DNA of 64,000 nucleotides from contig JBGSVZ010000085.1 in the NCBI GenBank assembly GCA_041752695.1, positions 64,001-128,000 on the forward strand, in the 5' to 3' direction. The translations under genes were made by a program, and so were the position numbers. The notes beneath the pieces were generated by a model, which ran no database searches, was not told the DNA's origin, and was given only the letters and a program-made list of their open reading frames with translations. This document shows, piece after piece, positions 1-10,702 of the stretch (positions within the stretch are counted from its first letter, which is position 1; the number at the start of each line of letters is the position of its first letter). The stretch is from Terrimicrobiaceae bacterium. Its GTDB lineage: Bacteria; Verrucomicrobiota; Verrucomicrobiia; Chthoniobacterales; Terrimicrobiaceae.

Positions 1-1020
1 CCGGGGCAGGCGTTCGCAGGCGAGGCTGTAATGGACATTCCAGTAGGAATGTTCGAGCGAACCGAGGAGGCGGATGAAGTCTGCCGGAGAGGGGGACTTG
101 GCAAGACGGCGGAACGAGCCCGCCACGGCCGCCAGGGCTCCCATGCGGCGATGGGGATGGTTCGCGGGACGGAGCGCGGCGAACTTCCACGCGTCATCGG
201 CCAGCACCAGACGGGCCTCCCCGTCTCGCATCGCCCACCAATCCTCCCACAAGGTCCGCAAATAGCCACGGGCCTCCTCGTCTCCGCGCGTAAAATCCTC
301 CGCTTGCAAAAATCCGGACAACCCGAAAAGGAGAGCCTCCCCGTCCCGGGCCGCCGCACGCGAAAGCCCGGCCCGCTGCGCGACCAGGAGAAACGGGATC
401 TTGTTGTTTTTGTAGCCCAGGCCGGTCGCCACGGCCTGAAACAGGGCTTCCTCGTGCCCGCATAAAAAACGGCTCCGCTGAAACCGCTCCGCCTTGCGCA
501 AAAACCGAAACTCCGCCGCGGCCTCGATCAGGACTCTCGCGGAACTGTCGTCCAGCATACGCGCGGGCGTTGCCGGACCCGAAGGGCGCACTGCGGAAAC
601 CTGCGCAAGACACACCTGGGTGACGGCGCGATTTTCCCGCGTCCGGGTGAAAAACCGGCGGGGTCCGCGGCGTTGGAACAGATGCAGCACGACGTTGTTG
701 TAATTCTCATTGCGGGCGTGGCCGTGGTTCTCCCAATCGCGCACATCAGGATCGATCTCGATCTCGCCGGTTTTTTCCACCCCGTTGATGACAACTTTCG
801 CGCCGCAAAAGTCCGGGCCGGGCTCGCGATTCCAGGACCCAAAATGCACCACCTCGACCACCTCGCCATCCTCGCCTCGCCAGGAAAGACCAAATTCCCC
901 GCCGTAGATCTGCGCCTGCAGGGCCAGTTCGGAGAGGCGCGCTTCGCGGGGCGGAGTTTCGCACGCCGAGAGGGACGCGAAACTTTCCCGCAACTCCCGA
1001 TAGCGGTCCGCGGAGGTCAT
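1..1020 (-). CDS. DUF2851-family protein, 3' end runs off the window (absent from the ORF track)
   Basis: Hand translation from ATG 1020 gives MTSADRYREL...VEVVHFGSWNREPGPDFCGAKVVINGVEKTGEIEIDPDVRDWENHGHARNENYNNVVLH, matching the G.WN...GPDF...G.(V/I)EI......W..HGH..(D/N)..Y..V(V/I)LH pattern; ATGA overlap with the upstream gene's stop. Confidence 0.85.
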   Translation of the reverse strand, partial: MTSADRYRELRESFASLSACETPPREARLSELALQAQIYGGEFGLSWRGEDGEVVEVVHFGSWNREPGPDFCGAKVVINGVEKTGEIEIDPDVRDWENHGHARNENYNNVVLHLFQRRGPRRFFTRTRENRAVTQVCLAQVSAVRPSGPATPARMLDDSSARVLIEAAAEFRFLRKAERFQRSRFLCGHEEALFQAVATGLGYKNNKIPFLLVAQRAGLSRAAARDGEALLFGLSGFLQAEDFTRGDEEARGYLRTLWEDWWAMRDGEARLVLADDAWKFAALRPANHPHRRMGALAAVAGSFRRLAKSPSPADFIRLLGSLEHSYWNVHYSLACERLPR

Positions 1021-2579
1021 TTTTTGGGCGTCGCCGCCGGGGTCGGAGGCGGGGGGAAAATGCGGAGCCCGATTTCGGCCAGCAGAGCCGCCTGCGCAGG
1101 GCCGGGCGAGCGACCTTTCTCGGCAAGCAGCAACGCGCCGGCGTCGTTCTTTTTCTTTTGCGCCTGGAGGATGCCCAGCTTTTCCAGCACCAGACGGAAA
1201 CGCACGAGCGGTTTGTTATTCATGGCGAGGGCCGCTTCGACGGAGGCCAGCGACGCACCAAGATCTCCAGCATCGGCCTGGGCCGCGCCGAGGGCTTCGA
1301 GAAACATGCTGTTGCCGGTTTCCTTTGCCGCCGCCGCCAGCTTGGGTCCCGCTGCAATCAGGTTGCCGTCGGTGGCCAAGACGATGTCGCGATACCGTTG
1401 CCAGCTCGATTTTGCCCCGCCCGGAGTGAACGAGCGCCAGGCGGCATAAGGTTTGTAGAGCGGGTCGCCGACGGAAACATTCATCCAGGAGAGTCCACGA
1501 AGCGCCCCATACGCGCTTTCCGCAAAGGTGAACCCTGTCATCAGGCGGTCCTGTAGCACGTCCAGGTTCGCGGTCAGGGCAAGGTAGGGCTCATAGACAT
1601 TGCCCACCGTTGCCGCCGCGCCGCGTTCCAACAGCGGCCCGACCCACCCCGCGGCGGGATTGCGCAGCGTGGCCGCGCTGAAGGAATGAATATGCACCGC
1701 CACCGCACCGGGCCGGAAGCGGAAGGAAGGGTCGGCAAACGGTCCGTTGATGGTGTCGGCATACCACCCGTAATAGATGGCCGCATCGGTCACCGGATAA
1801 CCCGGCGGCAGGGTTTCCGGGGCCTTGTCCCAGAGCACCGGCAGGCCCTTTTCCCGCATCTGTGTGGCGGCGGAGGAAAGCCATTTGTCCCCCTCCGCAT
1901 ACCCTCCAGTCGTGATGCCGCGCGAATCCACATACGACCAGCCCCACAGCCCGTCCCGCTCGGCGGAGATGGCGCTGTCGATCATCGCCCGCACCGTGAT
2001 CTCCGTGGGTGCATCGAGACGGCAAACCAAAAGCAGGCCCGCATCCATGCTCGCGTCGAGGATGGGGGTGAACCGGCGGTAGTAGGGATTGGTCAATACT
2101 CCCGGCGCTGTAATCGTGCCCAGCCCGAGGCAGGCGAGTTCGCTGTCCACCGAAGCTTCGTCGCGTTTTCCGATCTCGGGCGGTTGGTCGGTGCGGGGCA
2201 CCACCGTGGCACCGTCCGACCGGACCTTCAATGGGACGCCGCGAATGAGGGCGACAAAACGCACCTTGGTCTGCACCACGCGGCCGCCTGTCATGGTCCA
2301 CCAACCATTGCGCACGAAGGCGTTCCTCACCGGATCGGCAATGGCGGAACGAAACTCGGCGCGGCTGATTTCTTCAGTGAGCGGGGCATTGATGCCGAGC
2401 AACTGGCTCTCGGGAATCTCGCGACGCTGGGCGTAATATTTCGCCAGAGCCACTGAAGTGGGGTCCGCCGTGTTGTAGATCACGACGGTGGATTTGGCCT
2501 CGGGAACGGCGGCTTGCGCCGTAGCGCACACGCCAACAACGGCCAGCAGAAAGATGCTAAATTTCAAAACGGAGACCAT
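1017..2579 (-). CDS. TIGR03790-family exported protein
   Basis: Signal peptide; motifs ASVDSEL, LVCRLD, YYGWY, GAVAVHIHSFSA, GNVYEPYL, VGDPLY. Confidence 0.8.
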   Translation of the reverse strand: MVSVLKFSIFLLAVVGVCATAQAAVPEAKSTVVIYNTADPTSVALAKYYAQRREIPESQLLGINAPLTEEISRAEFRSAIADPVRNAFVRNGWWTMTGGRVVQTKVRFVALIRGVPLKVRSDGATVVPRTDQPPEIGKRDEASVDSELACLGLGTITAPGVLTNPYYRRFTPILDASMDAGLLLVCRLDAPTEITVRAMIDSAISAERDGLWGWSYVDSRGITTGGYAEGDKWLSSAATQMREKGLPVLWDKAPETLPPGYPVTDAAIYYGWYADTINGPFADPSFRFRPGAVAVHIHSFSAATLRNPAAGWVGPLLERGAAATVGNVYEPYLALTANLDVLQDRLMTGFTFAESAYGALRGLSWMNVSVGDPLYKPYAAWRSFTPGGAKSSWQRYRDIVLATDGNLIAAGPKLAAAAKETGNSMFLEALGAAQADAGDLGASLASVEAALAMNNKPLVRFRLVLEKLGILQAQKKKNDAGALLLAEKGRSPGPAQAALLAEIGLRIFPPPPTPAATPKK

Positions 2580-3339
2580 CGTACGCCAATTTCACGTGGG
2601 GAGGAAGTGCGCTTTCGGTCTCTTCGTGCCCGAGGTCGTGGCACATGTGGGTGAAATACACCTGACGCGCGCCGATTTTCTCCGCCGCTTCCAGGGCCTG
2701 ACTGACACACATGTGCGTCTTGTGCGGGGCCCGGCGCAGGGCATCGAGGACCAGGGTATCGACTCCGCGCGCGGCTTCCACGGCCTCGTCCGTCACCTCG
2801 GCGCAGTCCGTGAAATACGCCAGCCGCCTGTTCCCGCCCCGTAGGAAAATCAAGCCATTCGTCACCATGCGCCCATGCGGCAGATTCACCGGAACGACCT
2901 CCGTTTTCCCCAGCCAAAAAGGACCGGAGAAAATCCTGGCCTCGGGCCGGATGTAGTTGCGGAAGGCAAACTCGTTGCCAAAAGCATATTGAAAAACCCG
3001 CTCCAAATCACCCATCGTTCGTTCCGACGCATAGATGGGCATCACCTTGTCCCCCATCTCGCAAAACCTCCGCAAATCATCAAATCCCAGAATATGGTCC
3101 GTGTGCGAATGGGTATAAACGACCGCGTCGATCTGCGTCGTCGCCTCGCGCAGGCATTGGGTGCGAAAATCCGGCGGCGTGTCCACCTGAATGACCATTT
3201 CGGGAGTCCGCACCTGGATCGCCGCGCGCAGGCGTTTGTCCCGCGGGTCAGCCGAGGTGCAGACCCGGCACTGACATCCAATCATCGGTACCCCATGAGA
3301 TGTGCCTGTGCCAAAAAACGTGATTTCCAACTCCCGCAT
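2557..3339 (-). CDS. MBL-fold metallo-hydrolase (PhnP-like)
   Basis: GTGTSHGVP, CxCxVC, THSHTDH metal motif, THMCHD, AYDG; start set at ATG 3339 (MRELEITF). Confidence 0.9.
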   Translation of the reverse strand: MRELEITFFGTGTSHGVPMIGCQCRVCTSADPRDKRLRAAIQVRTPEMVIQVDTPPDFRTQCLREATTQIDAVVYTHSHTDHILGFDDLRRFCEMGDKVMPIYASERTMGDLERVFQYAFGNEFAFRNYIRPEARIFSGPFWLGKTEVVPVNLPHGRMVTNGLIFLRGGNRRLAYFTDCAEVTDEAVEAARGVDTLVLDALRRAPHKTHMCVSQALEAAEKIGARQVYFTHMCHDLGHEETESALPPHVKLAYDGLRFEI

Positions 3340-3367
3340 TGCGGGGAGTTCATGCCATAGTCTGCCG

Positions 3368-5032
3368 ATGTCCGCAACGCTCGCCTCCCTGCGCATTCGC
3401 AATCTCGCCCTTGTCGAGGATGTGTTGTGGGAACCCCGCCCGGGTTTCACGGCCATCACCGGCGAAACCGGTGCGGGAAAATCCGTCATCCTCGGCGCTC
3501 TCACCCTTCTTCTCGGGGAACGCGCCGACAAGTCCCTCATCCGCACCGGCGCCGACACCTGCACCGTCGAGGCCGTTTTTGATCAGGCCTCCGACAAGCC
3601 CCTTGCTGCCCTCATCGAGGAACACGGGGCCGAACCCTGTGAAGACGGACGCCTCCTCGTCAAACGCACCCTGCCCTCGGAAGGAGCGGGCCGCCAGTTT
3701 GTCAACGGTTCCCCCTGCACCCTCGCCCTCCTCCGCGCCCTCGGCGAGCGCCTGGTCGACCTCCACGGCCCCCACGACCACCAGAGTCTTTTTTCGCGCG
3801 AACACCAGACCCGTCTCCTCGACCGCTTTGCCGCCAGCGACGAGATCCGCGCGGAATTCGCCGAATCCCGCCGCGCCCTCCTCCGCCTCCAGGAGGAAAA
3901 AAATTCCATCCTCACCGGCGCGCAAGCCATCGCCCGGGAACTCGACCTTCTCACGCACCAAACCGCCGAGATCGACTCCGCCGCCCTCCTGCCCGGCGAG
4001 GAGGAAACGCTCCTTGCCCGTCAGAGCGCCGCCGCCAACTCCCACCGCATCACCGAACTCTGCGCCAAACTCGCCGCCGGGACCTCCGACGACGAAGACT
4101 CCCTCACCTCCCGCCTCGGCGACCTCTCGCGCCTCACCCGCGAATTGACCCGCCTCGACCCCTCGGCGGAACCACTCTCCGCCTCCTGTGAAGCCGCTTT
4201 CGCCGCCGCCGACGACCTCGCCCGCGCAGTCGCCCACTATTCGGCCGCGCAGGAATCCGGGCCCGTCAATCTCTCCGAGATCGAGTCCCGCCTCGACACT
4301 CTGCAGACCCTCAAACGCAAATACGGCCCCACCGTGGACGCCGTCCTCGCCTTCCACGCCGAGGCCGCCGAAAAACTCGCCGTCCTCCGCGCCCGCACCG
4401 AAAGGCGCGATACGCTCGACGCCGACATCACCGCCGCTGAAAAAACTCTCCGCGCCGTCGGCAAAAAACTCACCACCGCCCGCACCGCCGCGGCGAAAAA
4501 ACTCGCCGAAAAAGTGCGCACCGGCCTGAAGGACCTCGGCTTCGCCAAATCCGAATTCTCCATTTCGCTCGAACCCCAGGAATCCCCCGTCTCGCACGGC
4601 TACGAGACCGCGGAGTTTCAGTTTTCCCCCAACCCCGGCGAACCCGCCCGACCGCTCCGCGCCATCGCCTCCAGCGGCGAAATATCCCGCGTGATGCTCG
4701 CCCTCAAATCCGCCCTCGCCGACCAGGACGACGTGCCCGTCCTGATCTTCGACGAGATCGACGCCAACGTCGGCGGAGAGATCGCCGCCAAGGTGGGCCA
4801 GAAAATGCGCGCCCTCGGACGCAGCAGGCAGGTCCTCTGCATCACCCACCTGCCCCAGGTCGCGGCCGCCGCCGCCTGCCAGTTTGTGGTCAGCAAGCAG
4901 GTGAAAGACAACCGCACCCGCACCCAGCTCGACGAAACCACCGGCGAGTCCCGCGAAGAAGAAATCGCCCGCATGCTCGGCGGCAAAACCGACTCCGCCC
5001 TCGCCCACGCCCGCGTGCTGTTGAAGAACTGA
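3368..5032 (+). CDS. recN: DNA repair protein RecN
   Basis: Walker A TGETGAGKS, long coiled coil, ASSGEISR signature, FDEIDA Walker B, ITHLPQVAA. Confidence 0.97.
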   Translation: MSATLASLRIRNLALVEDVLWEPRPGFTAITGETGAGKSVILGALTLLLGERADKSLIRTGADTCTVEAVFDQASDKPLAALIEEHGAEPCEDGRLLVKRTLPSEGAGRQFVNGSPCTLALLRALGERLVDLHGPHDHQSLFSREHQTRLLDRFAASDEIRAEFAESRRALLRLQEEKNSILTGAQAIARELDLLTHQTAEIDSAALLPGEEETLLARQSAAANSHRITELCAKLAAGTSDDEDSLTSRLGDLSRLTRELTRLDPSAEPLSASCEAAFAAADDLARAVAHYSAAQESGPVNLSEIESRLDTLQTLKRKYGPTVDAVLAFHAEAAEKLAVLRARTERRDTLDADITAAEKTLRAVGKKLTTARTAAAKKLAEKVRTGLKDLGFAKSEFSISLEPQESPVSHGYETAEFQFSPNPGEPARPLRAIASSGEISRVMLALKSALADQDDVPVLIFDEIDANVGGEIAAKVGQKMRALGRSRQVLCITHLPQVAAAAACQFVVSKQVKDNRTRTQLDETTGESREEEIARMLGGKTDSALAHARVLLKN

Positions 5033-5119
5033 AGACACGCATTGCACGAATTTGCACGAACAGGAAGCGGCGCATTTGCTCCCTCCTAAAATTCGTGCCA
5101 ATTCGTGAAATTCGTGTCT
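5033..5119. repeat. Intergenic palindrome with tandem-periodic (CACGAA-core) arms
   Basis: Left arm agacacgcattgcacgaatttgcacgaa (5033-5060) matches the reverse complement of 5092-5119 at 25/28 positions. Confidence 0.9.
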
Positions 5120-5130
5120 CTATCTCCCCT

Positions 5131-6141
5131 ATGTCTCACGTCCCAGCTTCGTCCCGCTACGAAACCATGCCTTATCGCCGCTGCGGCAAAAGCGGGCTCA
5201 AACTTCCCGTCCTGTCTCTCGGGCTCTGGCACAACTTCGGCGGGGTCGACAACGCGGATACTGCGCGGGCCATGATCCTGCGCGCTTTCGACCTTGGGAT
5301 CACCCATTTTGACCTCGCCAACAACTACGGCCCGCCGGCCGGCAGCGCCGAGATCACGTTCGGGAAAGTCCTGCGCGAAAACCTGGCCGCCTACCGCGAC
5401 GAACTTCTCGTTTCCACCAAAGCCGGCTACCACATGTGGAACGGACCCTACGGCGAATGGGGCTCCCGCAAATCCCTCCTCGCCAGCCTCGACCAGAGCC
5501 TCACCCGGATGGGCCTCGACTACGTGGATATTTTTTACAGTCATCGTTTTGACCCCGAGACCCCCCTCGAAGAAACCATGGGCGCCCTCGCCCACGCCGT
5601 GAAGTCCGGCAAGGCGCTCTACGCCGGCATCTCGTCCTACAAACCCGACGCCACCCGTGAAGCCGCCCGCATCCTCCGCGAAATGGGCGTGCCACTCCTC
5701 ATCCACCAGCCCGCCTACCACATGTTCGACCGCTGGGTGGAAACCGAAAATCTCACCGGTGCCCTCGAAGAAACCGGCGCCGGCGCCATCGCCTTCTGTC
5801 CGCTCGCCCAAGGCCTGCTCACCAGCCGCTACCTCCACGATATCCCCGCCGACTCCCGCGCCTCCAAGGAACATGGCTTCCTAAAAAAAGACGCCATCAC
5901 CCCGGAGAAGGTCGGCAAGATCCGCGCCCTCGACGCCCTCGCCCAGTCCCTCGCCCAGTCCCGCGGCCAATCCCTCGCCCAGATGGCCATCGCCTGGGTC
6001 CTGCGCCTTCCCACCATGACCTCCGCCCTCATCGGGGCCAGCAAGGTCAGCCAGATCGAGGAAAACGTGAAAGCCGTGGAAAATCTGGACTTCACCCCCG
6101 CGGATTTGGCGGAAATTGAGACCATCCTGAGGTCGGTTTAG
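5131..6141 (+). CDS. Aldo/keto reductase, L-glyceraldehyde-3-phosphate reductase (YghZ/Gpr-like)
   Basis: GLKLPVLSLGLWHNFG, THFDLANNYGPP, STKAGY, DIFYSHRFDP. Confidence 0.92.
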   Translation: MSHVPASSRYETMPYRRCGKSGLKLPVLSLGLWHNFGGVDNADTARAMILRAFDLGITHFDLANNYGPPAGSAEITFGKVLRENLAAYRDELLVSTKAGYHMWNGPYGEWGSRKSLLASLDQSLTRMGLDYVDIFYSHRFDPETPLEETMGALAHAVKSGKALYAGISSYKPDATREAARILREMGVPLLIHQPAYHMFDRWVETENLTGALEETGAGAIAFCPLAQGLLTSRYLHDIPADSRASKEHGFLKKDAITPEKVGKIRALDALAQSLAQSRGQSLAQMAIAWVLRLPTMTSALIGASKVSQIEENVKAVENLDFTPADLAEIETILRSV

Positions 6142-6151
6142 GAAGTTTTTA

Positions 6152-6212
6152 ACAGAAGCAAACAAAGAGAACGAAGAACCCTTGCGCCTTCGTTTCCTTT
6201 GTTACCTTCTGT
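6152..6212. repeat. 9-nt-periodic palindrome (AACRAAG+2 nt units)
   Basis: Arms 6152-6176 and 6188-6212 are reverse-complementary at 21/25 positions. Confidence 0.9.
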
Positions 6213-6224
6213 AAAATTCCCATC

Positions 6225-7256
6225 ATGAGACTTCTCCTTTTTTTCGTAATCCTTGCCGTGGCTCATTCCGCCCCGGCCCAAAAAACGCCGCCCGCCGCCA
6301 AGGTGGCGAAGATGGAGGCCTTTCCGCCGGATTCCGAAGAACGCAAGGAAATGACCCGCGTGCAGATCCTCCTTGATCAGGCGAATTTTCGCCCGGGCAA
6401 AATCGACGGCCTCGGCGGCGAGTTCACCCAGAAAGTCGCCGACCGTTACGCCGCCGCCAATGGGCTCCCTCCCGGGGCGCGCCTCGATACCAGTGCCATG
6501 GGCGAGGCTTATACGACCTACACCGTTACCGAGGACGACAAACGCTGGGTCGGCCCGCTCGCCTCCACCCCGCCCGCACAGGCCAAACTCAAACGCATGC
6601 CGTACGCCGACCTCTGGGAGTTGGTCGCCGAGATGTTTCACTGCGACCTGACCTTTCTCAAGGAGCTGAACACAGGCATTACCGAGCTTACTCCGGGCAC
6701 CGTCCTCCGCGTGCCCAATGTCGCACCGTTTCGCATGGCCGACGTCGAGGCTTTGCAAAAAAAGCGCACCGAGGAAGCCCTCGCCCGCAAAGCCGCCGCC
6801 GCCAACCCCGAGGCCACGCCCTCACCCACTCCGACACCAACGCCTCCCGCTTTCCGCCTCGTCCTCCTTCGCGAGCCGCGGATCATCGAAGTTTATGATG
6901 CGGAGAACAAGATGGTGGCCTGTTTCCCCTGCACGCCCGGCTCCAGCACCATCCCCGTGCCTGAAGGCACATGGAAAGTGATGAACAACATCCTCATGCC
7001 GACGTTCCGCTACGACAAATCCGTCCTGAAAAGCGGCGTCCCCAGCGATGAAGCCTACGAGATCCCGGCCGGACCGAACAACTACGTCGGCATCGTCTGG
7101 ATGGGTATCAATCGCCGCAGCGTCGGCATGCACGGCACCAACAGCCCGGACCAGATCGGACGCAATCAATCCAGCGGGTGTATTCGGCTGGCGAACTGGG
7201 ATGCGTTTGTGCTTTGCCAGATGGCCGTGAAGGGGACGGCTCTGGAAGTGCGGTAG
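6225..7256 (+). CDS. L,D-transpeptidase family protein (YkuD domain, LysM-like segment)
   Basis: Signal peptide; QILLDQANFRPGKIDG; C-terminal GMHGT...SSGCIRL catalytic His/Cys. Confidence 0.88.
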   Translation: MRLLLFFVILAVAHSAPAQKTPPAAKVAKMEAFPPDSEERKEMTRVQILLDQANFRPGKIDGLGGEFTQKVADRYAAANGLPPGARLDTSAMGEAYTTYTVTEDDKRWVGPLASTPPAQAKLKRMPYADLWELVAEMFHCDLTFLKELNTGITELTPGTVLRVPNVAPFRMADVEALQKKRTEEALARKAAAANPEATPSPTPTPTPPAFRLVLLREPRIIEVYDAENKMVACFPCTPGSSTIPVPEGTWKVMNNILMPTFRYDKSVLKSGVPSDEAYEIPAGPNNYVGIVWMGINRRSVGMHGTNSPDQIGRNQSSGCIRLANWDAFVLCQMAVKGTALEVR

Positions 7257-7263
7257 GATTTTT

Positions 7264-7288
7264 ACAGGAGGTAACGGAGGAAACGGAG
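7264..7288 (+). repeat. Lone arm of a 9-nt-periodic element
   Basis: acaggag-gt-aacggag-ga-aacggag aligns without gaps to the arm of the 6152-6212 element. Confidence 0.75.
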
Positions 7289-7396
7289 ATTTTCCTTCTG
7301 CGGCAAGGCAACACACCGTTGCCGCTGGCGTCTTGACGACATGCACCACTTGGCGGACGAGAAAGAACCGGGACGGTTTGAAGAGCCTCTCCCTTG

Positions 7397-7494
7397 ATCC
7401 GCGCCCATCCGTCCTATTTGATTCGCTTTGCTCACCCTTGCAGGGCTGCCTTCGGCAGTCTGTCTCGCTTCGCTCGGCTGCGGTCAAATTCTTC
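7397..7494 (+). repeat. ATCCG-core periodic arm interrupted by a 60-bp insertion (7418-7477)
   Basis: Removing 7418-7477 restores a close match to the reverse complement of 17531-17567. Confidence 0.8.
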
Positions 7495-7508
7495 TGAATT
7501 CTTCCGGC

Positions 7509-10325
7509 TCAGGAAGACAACTCCTCCATCGGCGGACACGAGCAGAAGATGTTCCGGTCGCCGTACACATTGTCAACACGGGCCACGGCGGGCCAGAACT
7601 TGTGCTCGCGCAGCCACGGAGCGGGATAAGCAGCCTGCTCGCGGGAATAGGCACGGTTCCAGCCATCGGCGATGACCGCTCCGGCGGTGTGCGGAGCTTT
7701 TTTCAGCGGGTTATCAGCGCGGTCGAGTTCGCCGCGTTCGATGGCGCAGAGCTCGCCGTGGATGGCGATCATGGCGTCACAGAACCGGTCGAGTTCGGCC
7801 TTCGATTCGCTCTCGGTTGGTTCGACCATGAGCGTTCCCGGCACGGGCCAGCTCATGGTGGGGGAATGAAATCCGTAATCCATCAGGCGCTTGGCCACGT
7901 CTTCGACTTCGACGCCGGCACGCTGTTTCCATTCGCGGAGGTCGAGGATGCATTCGTGGGCGACGCGGTTGTTGCGGCCTTTGTAGAGCACGGGGTAAAA
8001 GGGCAACAGACGGGCGGCAATGTAGTTCGCGTTGAGGATGGCGGCCTTGGTCGCTTCGGTGAGACCGTCCGGTCCCATCATCGCGATATACATCCACGAG
8101 ATGACGAGGATGCTCGAACTGCCCCAGGGGGCTTGGGAGACTTCGCCTACCGTTTCGCGTCCGCCAAGGGGCACGACGGAGTGTCCGGGCAGAAAGGGCG
8201 CCAAATGAGCCGCCACGCCGATGGGTCCCACACCGGGTCCGCCACCACCGTGCGGGATGCAGAACGTTTTGTGCAGATTGAGGTGGCAGACGTCCGCCCC
8301 AATGTGGCCCGGGCTGCAGAGTCCGACCTGCGCGTTCATATTCGCGCCGTCCATATACACCTGACCACCGGCCGCGTGAACCTTCTCGCACACTTCGCGG
8401 ATGGTTTCCTCGAACACGCCGTGCGTCGAGGGGTAGGTCACCATGAGGGCAGAAAGCCCGGCACGGTTCGCTTCGATTTTTTTATCGAGATCCGCGAGGT
8501 CGATATTGCCGTCGGCATCGCAGGCGACCGGAACAACCTTCATTCCCGCCATGACCGCACTGGCGGGATTTGTGCCATGCGCGGACGTAGGGATGAGGCA
8601 GATGTCGCGGGCAAAATCTTCGCGCGAACGGTGGTACGCGCGAACGGCCAGGAGACCGGCGTATTCGCCTTGCGAGCCCGCGTTGGGCTGGAGCGAAACC
8701 GCGGCGAATCCGGTGATTTCGGCCAGCCAGGCTTCGAGTTGCGTGAAAAGTTCCTGATACCCGCGCGACTGTCCGAGCGGCACGAAAGGATGCAGGCCAC
8801 CCACTTTGTCCCAAGTCACCGGCAGCATCTCAGCCGAGGCGTTGAGTTTCATCGTGCAGGACCCCAGCGGGATCATCGAGGTGGTGAGCGAAAGGTCCTT
8901 CGCTTCCAGACGCCGGATGTAACGCAGCAGTTCGGTTTCGGTATGGTACCGATGAAAGACGGGATGCTGGAGGAAAGCGGACTCCCGTTTGAGAGAGGCG
9001 GGAAGGACTTCCGCCGGTTCGCCTCGGAAATCTTCGCCTTCGAGATCAAAGACCGGGAAAAGCGGCGCGAGGTCGGTGGTGGTTTCGTCCAGCGACAACC
9101 CGACGGCATGTCCGTCGAGCTTGCGCAAGTTGACGCCATTCTCATTCGCCCAGCGCACGAGAGCATCGGACTCATCCTCGCCGAGCCAGATCCGGAGGGT
9201 GTCGAAATACGGACCGCGATGCACCGCCCAGCCGCGTTCCTTGAGGGCGGCGGCGAGCCGGCGGGTTTTTTCGTGGATGCCAAGGGCGATGGCCTTGAGT
9301 CCCTCGGGTCCGTGATACACCGCATACATCGAGGCGATGACCGCCAGAAGCACCTGCGCGGTGCAGATGTTGCTGGTCGCTTTCTCGCGGCGGATGTGCT
9401 GCTCGCGAGTCTGCAAAGTGAGACGCAGGGCGGGTTTGCCCTCGGCATCGCGGGACACCCCCACGAGGCGTCCGGGGAGGCGGCGTTTGTGTTCGTCGCG
9501 CGTGGCCAGGAAGGCGGCGTGCGGGCCACCGTATCCGAGCGGCACGCCAAATCGCTGAGTGGAGCCCACCACGATGTCGGCTCCGCATTCGCCCGGGGGT
9601 TTGATCAACGTCAGCGCCAGCAAATCGACGGCGACCACGGCAAGCGCTCCCGCGGCATGGATGCGCTCGATGATGGGAGGCAGGTCGGCGATCACCCCGT
9701 CGGTCGCGGGATATTGCACCAGAACGCCAAAAACCGGCTCGGCGGCGAGGTCGTCGAGGGAACCGACGAGAATCCGGATGCCGAGCGGCTCAGCGCGCGT
9801 GCGGAGCAGTTCAATCGTCTGCGGATGACAGTCCTCGGCCACAAAAAAAGCATCCCCGCCCTTGACCTCGCGCGCCATGGCCATGGCTTCAGCAGCGGCG
9901 GTCGACTCATCCAGCAAGGAGGCGTTGGAGATTTCCATCCCCGTGAGGTCGCAGACCATGGTCTGGAAATTCAGCAGCGCCTCCATGCGCCCTTGCGCGA
10001 TCTCGGCCTGATAGGGCGTGTAGGCGGTGTACCAGCCGGGGTTTTCCAGGATATTGCGCCGGATCACCGCGGGAGTGTGGCAGTTGGAATACCCCATACC
10101 GAGGAAGGTGTGGTGCAATTCATTGCGGTCCATCATCACCCGCAGATCCGCAAGCGCGGCTTCTTCCGTGCGGGCGGCGGGGAGGTTCAGCCCTTGGGAA
10201 AGCCGGATGGCGGCCGGAACGGTCTGCTCGATCAGCGTGTCGAGCGAGTCGGTCCCGATGGTGCCCAGCATGGCGGAAACTTCCGCCGCAGAGGGTCCGA
10301 TATGACGGCGCGCGAAGGAACTCAT
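7509..10325 (-). CDS. gcvP: Glycine dehydrogenase (decarboxylating), P protein
   Basis: [52 protein letters not shown] (PLP lysine). Confidence 0.98.
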   Translation of the reverse strand: MSSFARRHIGPSAAEVSAMLGTIGTDSLDTLIEQTVPAAIRLSQGLNLPAARTEEAALADLRVMMDRNELHHTFLGMGYSNCHTPAVIRRNILENPGWYTAYTPYQAEIAQGRMEALLNFQTMVCDLTGMEISNASLLDESTAAAEAMAMAREVKGGDAFFVAEDCHPQTIELLRTRAEPLGIRILVGSLDDLAAEPVFGVLVQYPATDGVIADLPPIIERIHAAGALAVVAVDLLALTLIKPPGECGADIVVGSTQRFGVPLGYGGPHAAFLATRDEHKRRLPGRLVGVSRDAEGKPALRLTLQTREQHIRREKATSNICTAQVLLAVIASMYAVYHGPEGLKAIALGIHEKTRRLAAALKERGWAVHRGPYFDTLRIWLGEDESDALVRWANENGVNLRKLDGHAVGLSLDETTTDLAPLFPVFDLEGEDFRGEPAEVLPASLKRESAFLQHPVFHRYHTETELLRYIRRLEAKDLSLTTSMIPLGSCTMKLNASAEMLPVTWDKVGGLHPFVPLGQSRGYQELFTQLEAWLAEITGFAAVSLQPNAGSQGEYAGLLAVRAYHRSREDFARDICLIPTSAHGTNPASAVMAGMKVVPVACDADGNIDLADLDKKIEANRAGLSALMVTYPSTHGVFEETIREVCEKVHAAGGQVYMDGANMNAQVGLCSPGHIGADVCHLNLHKTFCIPHGGGGPGVGPIGVAAHLAPFLPGHSVVPLGGRETVGEVSQAPWGSSSILVISWMYIAMMGPDGLTEATKAAILNANYIAARLLPFYPVLYKGRNNRVAHECILDLREWKQRAGVEVEDVAKRLMDYGFHSPTMSWPVPGTLMVEPTESESKAELDRFCDAMIAIHGELCAIERGELDRADNPLKKAPHTAGAVIADGWNRAYSREQAAYPAPWLREHKFWPAVARVDNVYGDRNIFCSCPPMEELSS

Positions 10326-10702
10326 TTCGCGATCAGCTCGCGATAGCCGGCGGCGTCCTTCAAAGCGGAAAGTTCGGAGGCATCGGAAAGACGCACCTTG
10401 TAGATCCAGCCGGCGCCGAAGGGGTCTGTGTTGAGCAGCGCAGGATTGTCCGCCAGCGCGTCGTTGGACTCCACGATCTGCCCGGAGACCGGGGAATAAA
10501 TGTCACTCGCCGCCTTGACCGATTCCACCACGGCAGCGGCACACTTGGCGACCACTTCCGCTCCGACCTTGGGCGGTTCGGCAAAAACAATGTCGGTCAA
10601 TTCCGCCTGGGCGTGATCCGTGATTCCCACCGTGCCCACGTCGCCCTCGACGCGGATCCATTCGTGAGAGTCGGCATACTTCAAATCGTCGGGAACATTC
10701 AT
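10322..10702 (-). CDS. gcvH: Glycine cleavage H protein
   Basis: [23 protein letters not shown] lipoyl-lysine motif. Confidence 0.98.
   Translation of the reverse strand: MNVPDDLKYADSHEWIRVEGDVGTVGITDHAQAELTDIVFAEPPKVGAEVVAKCAAAVVESVKAASDIYSPVSGQIVESNDALADNPALLNTDPFGAGWIYKVRLSDASELSALKDAAGYRELIAK

Noticed and set aside
2557..3339. Metallo-beta-lactamase resistance gene
   Set aside because: PhnP-like motifs and no signal peptide indicate a housekeeping hydrolase
5033..7500. Short repeats as a possible CRISPR array
   Set aside because: No constant repeat separated by unique spacers, and no cas genes
7428..10346. 972-aa + strand ORF, and similar long shadow ORFs (3350-5101, 35507-37042, 41757-43283, 54259-56325)
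   Set aside because: Antisense to well-supported genes; expected with high-GC codon bias; no recognisable motifs
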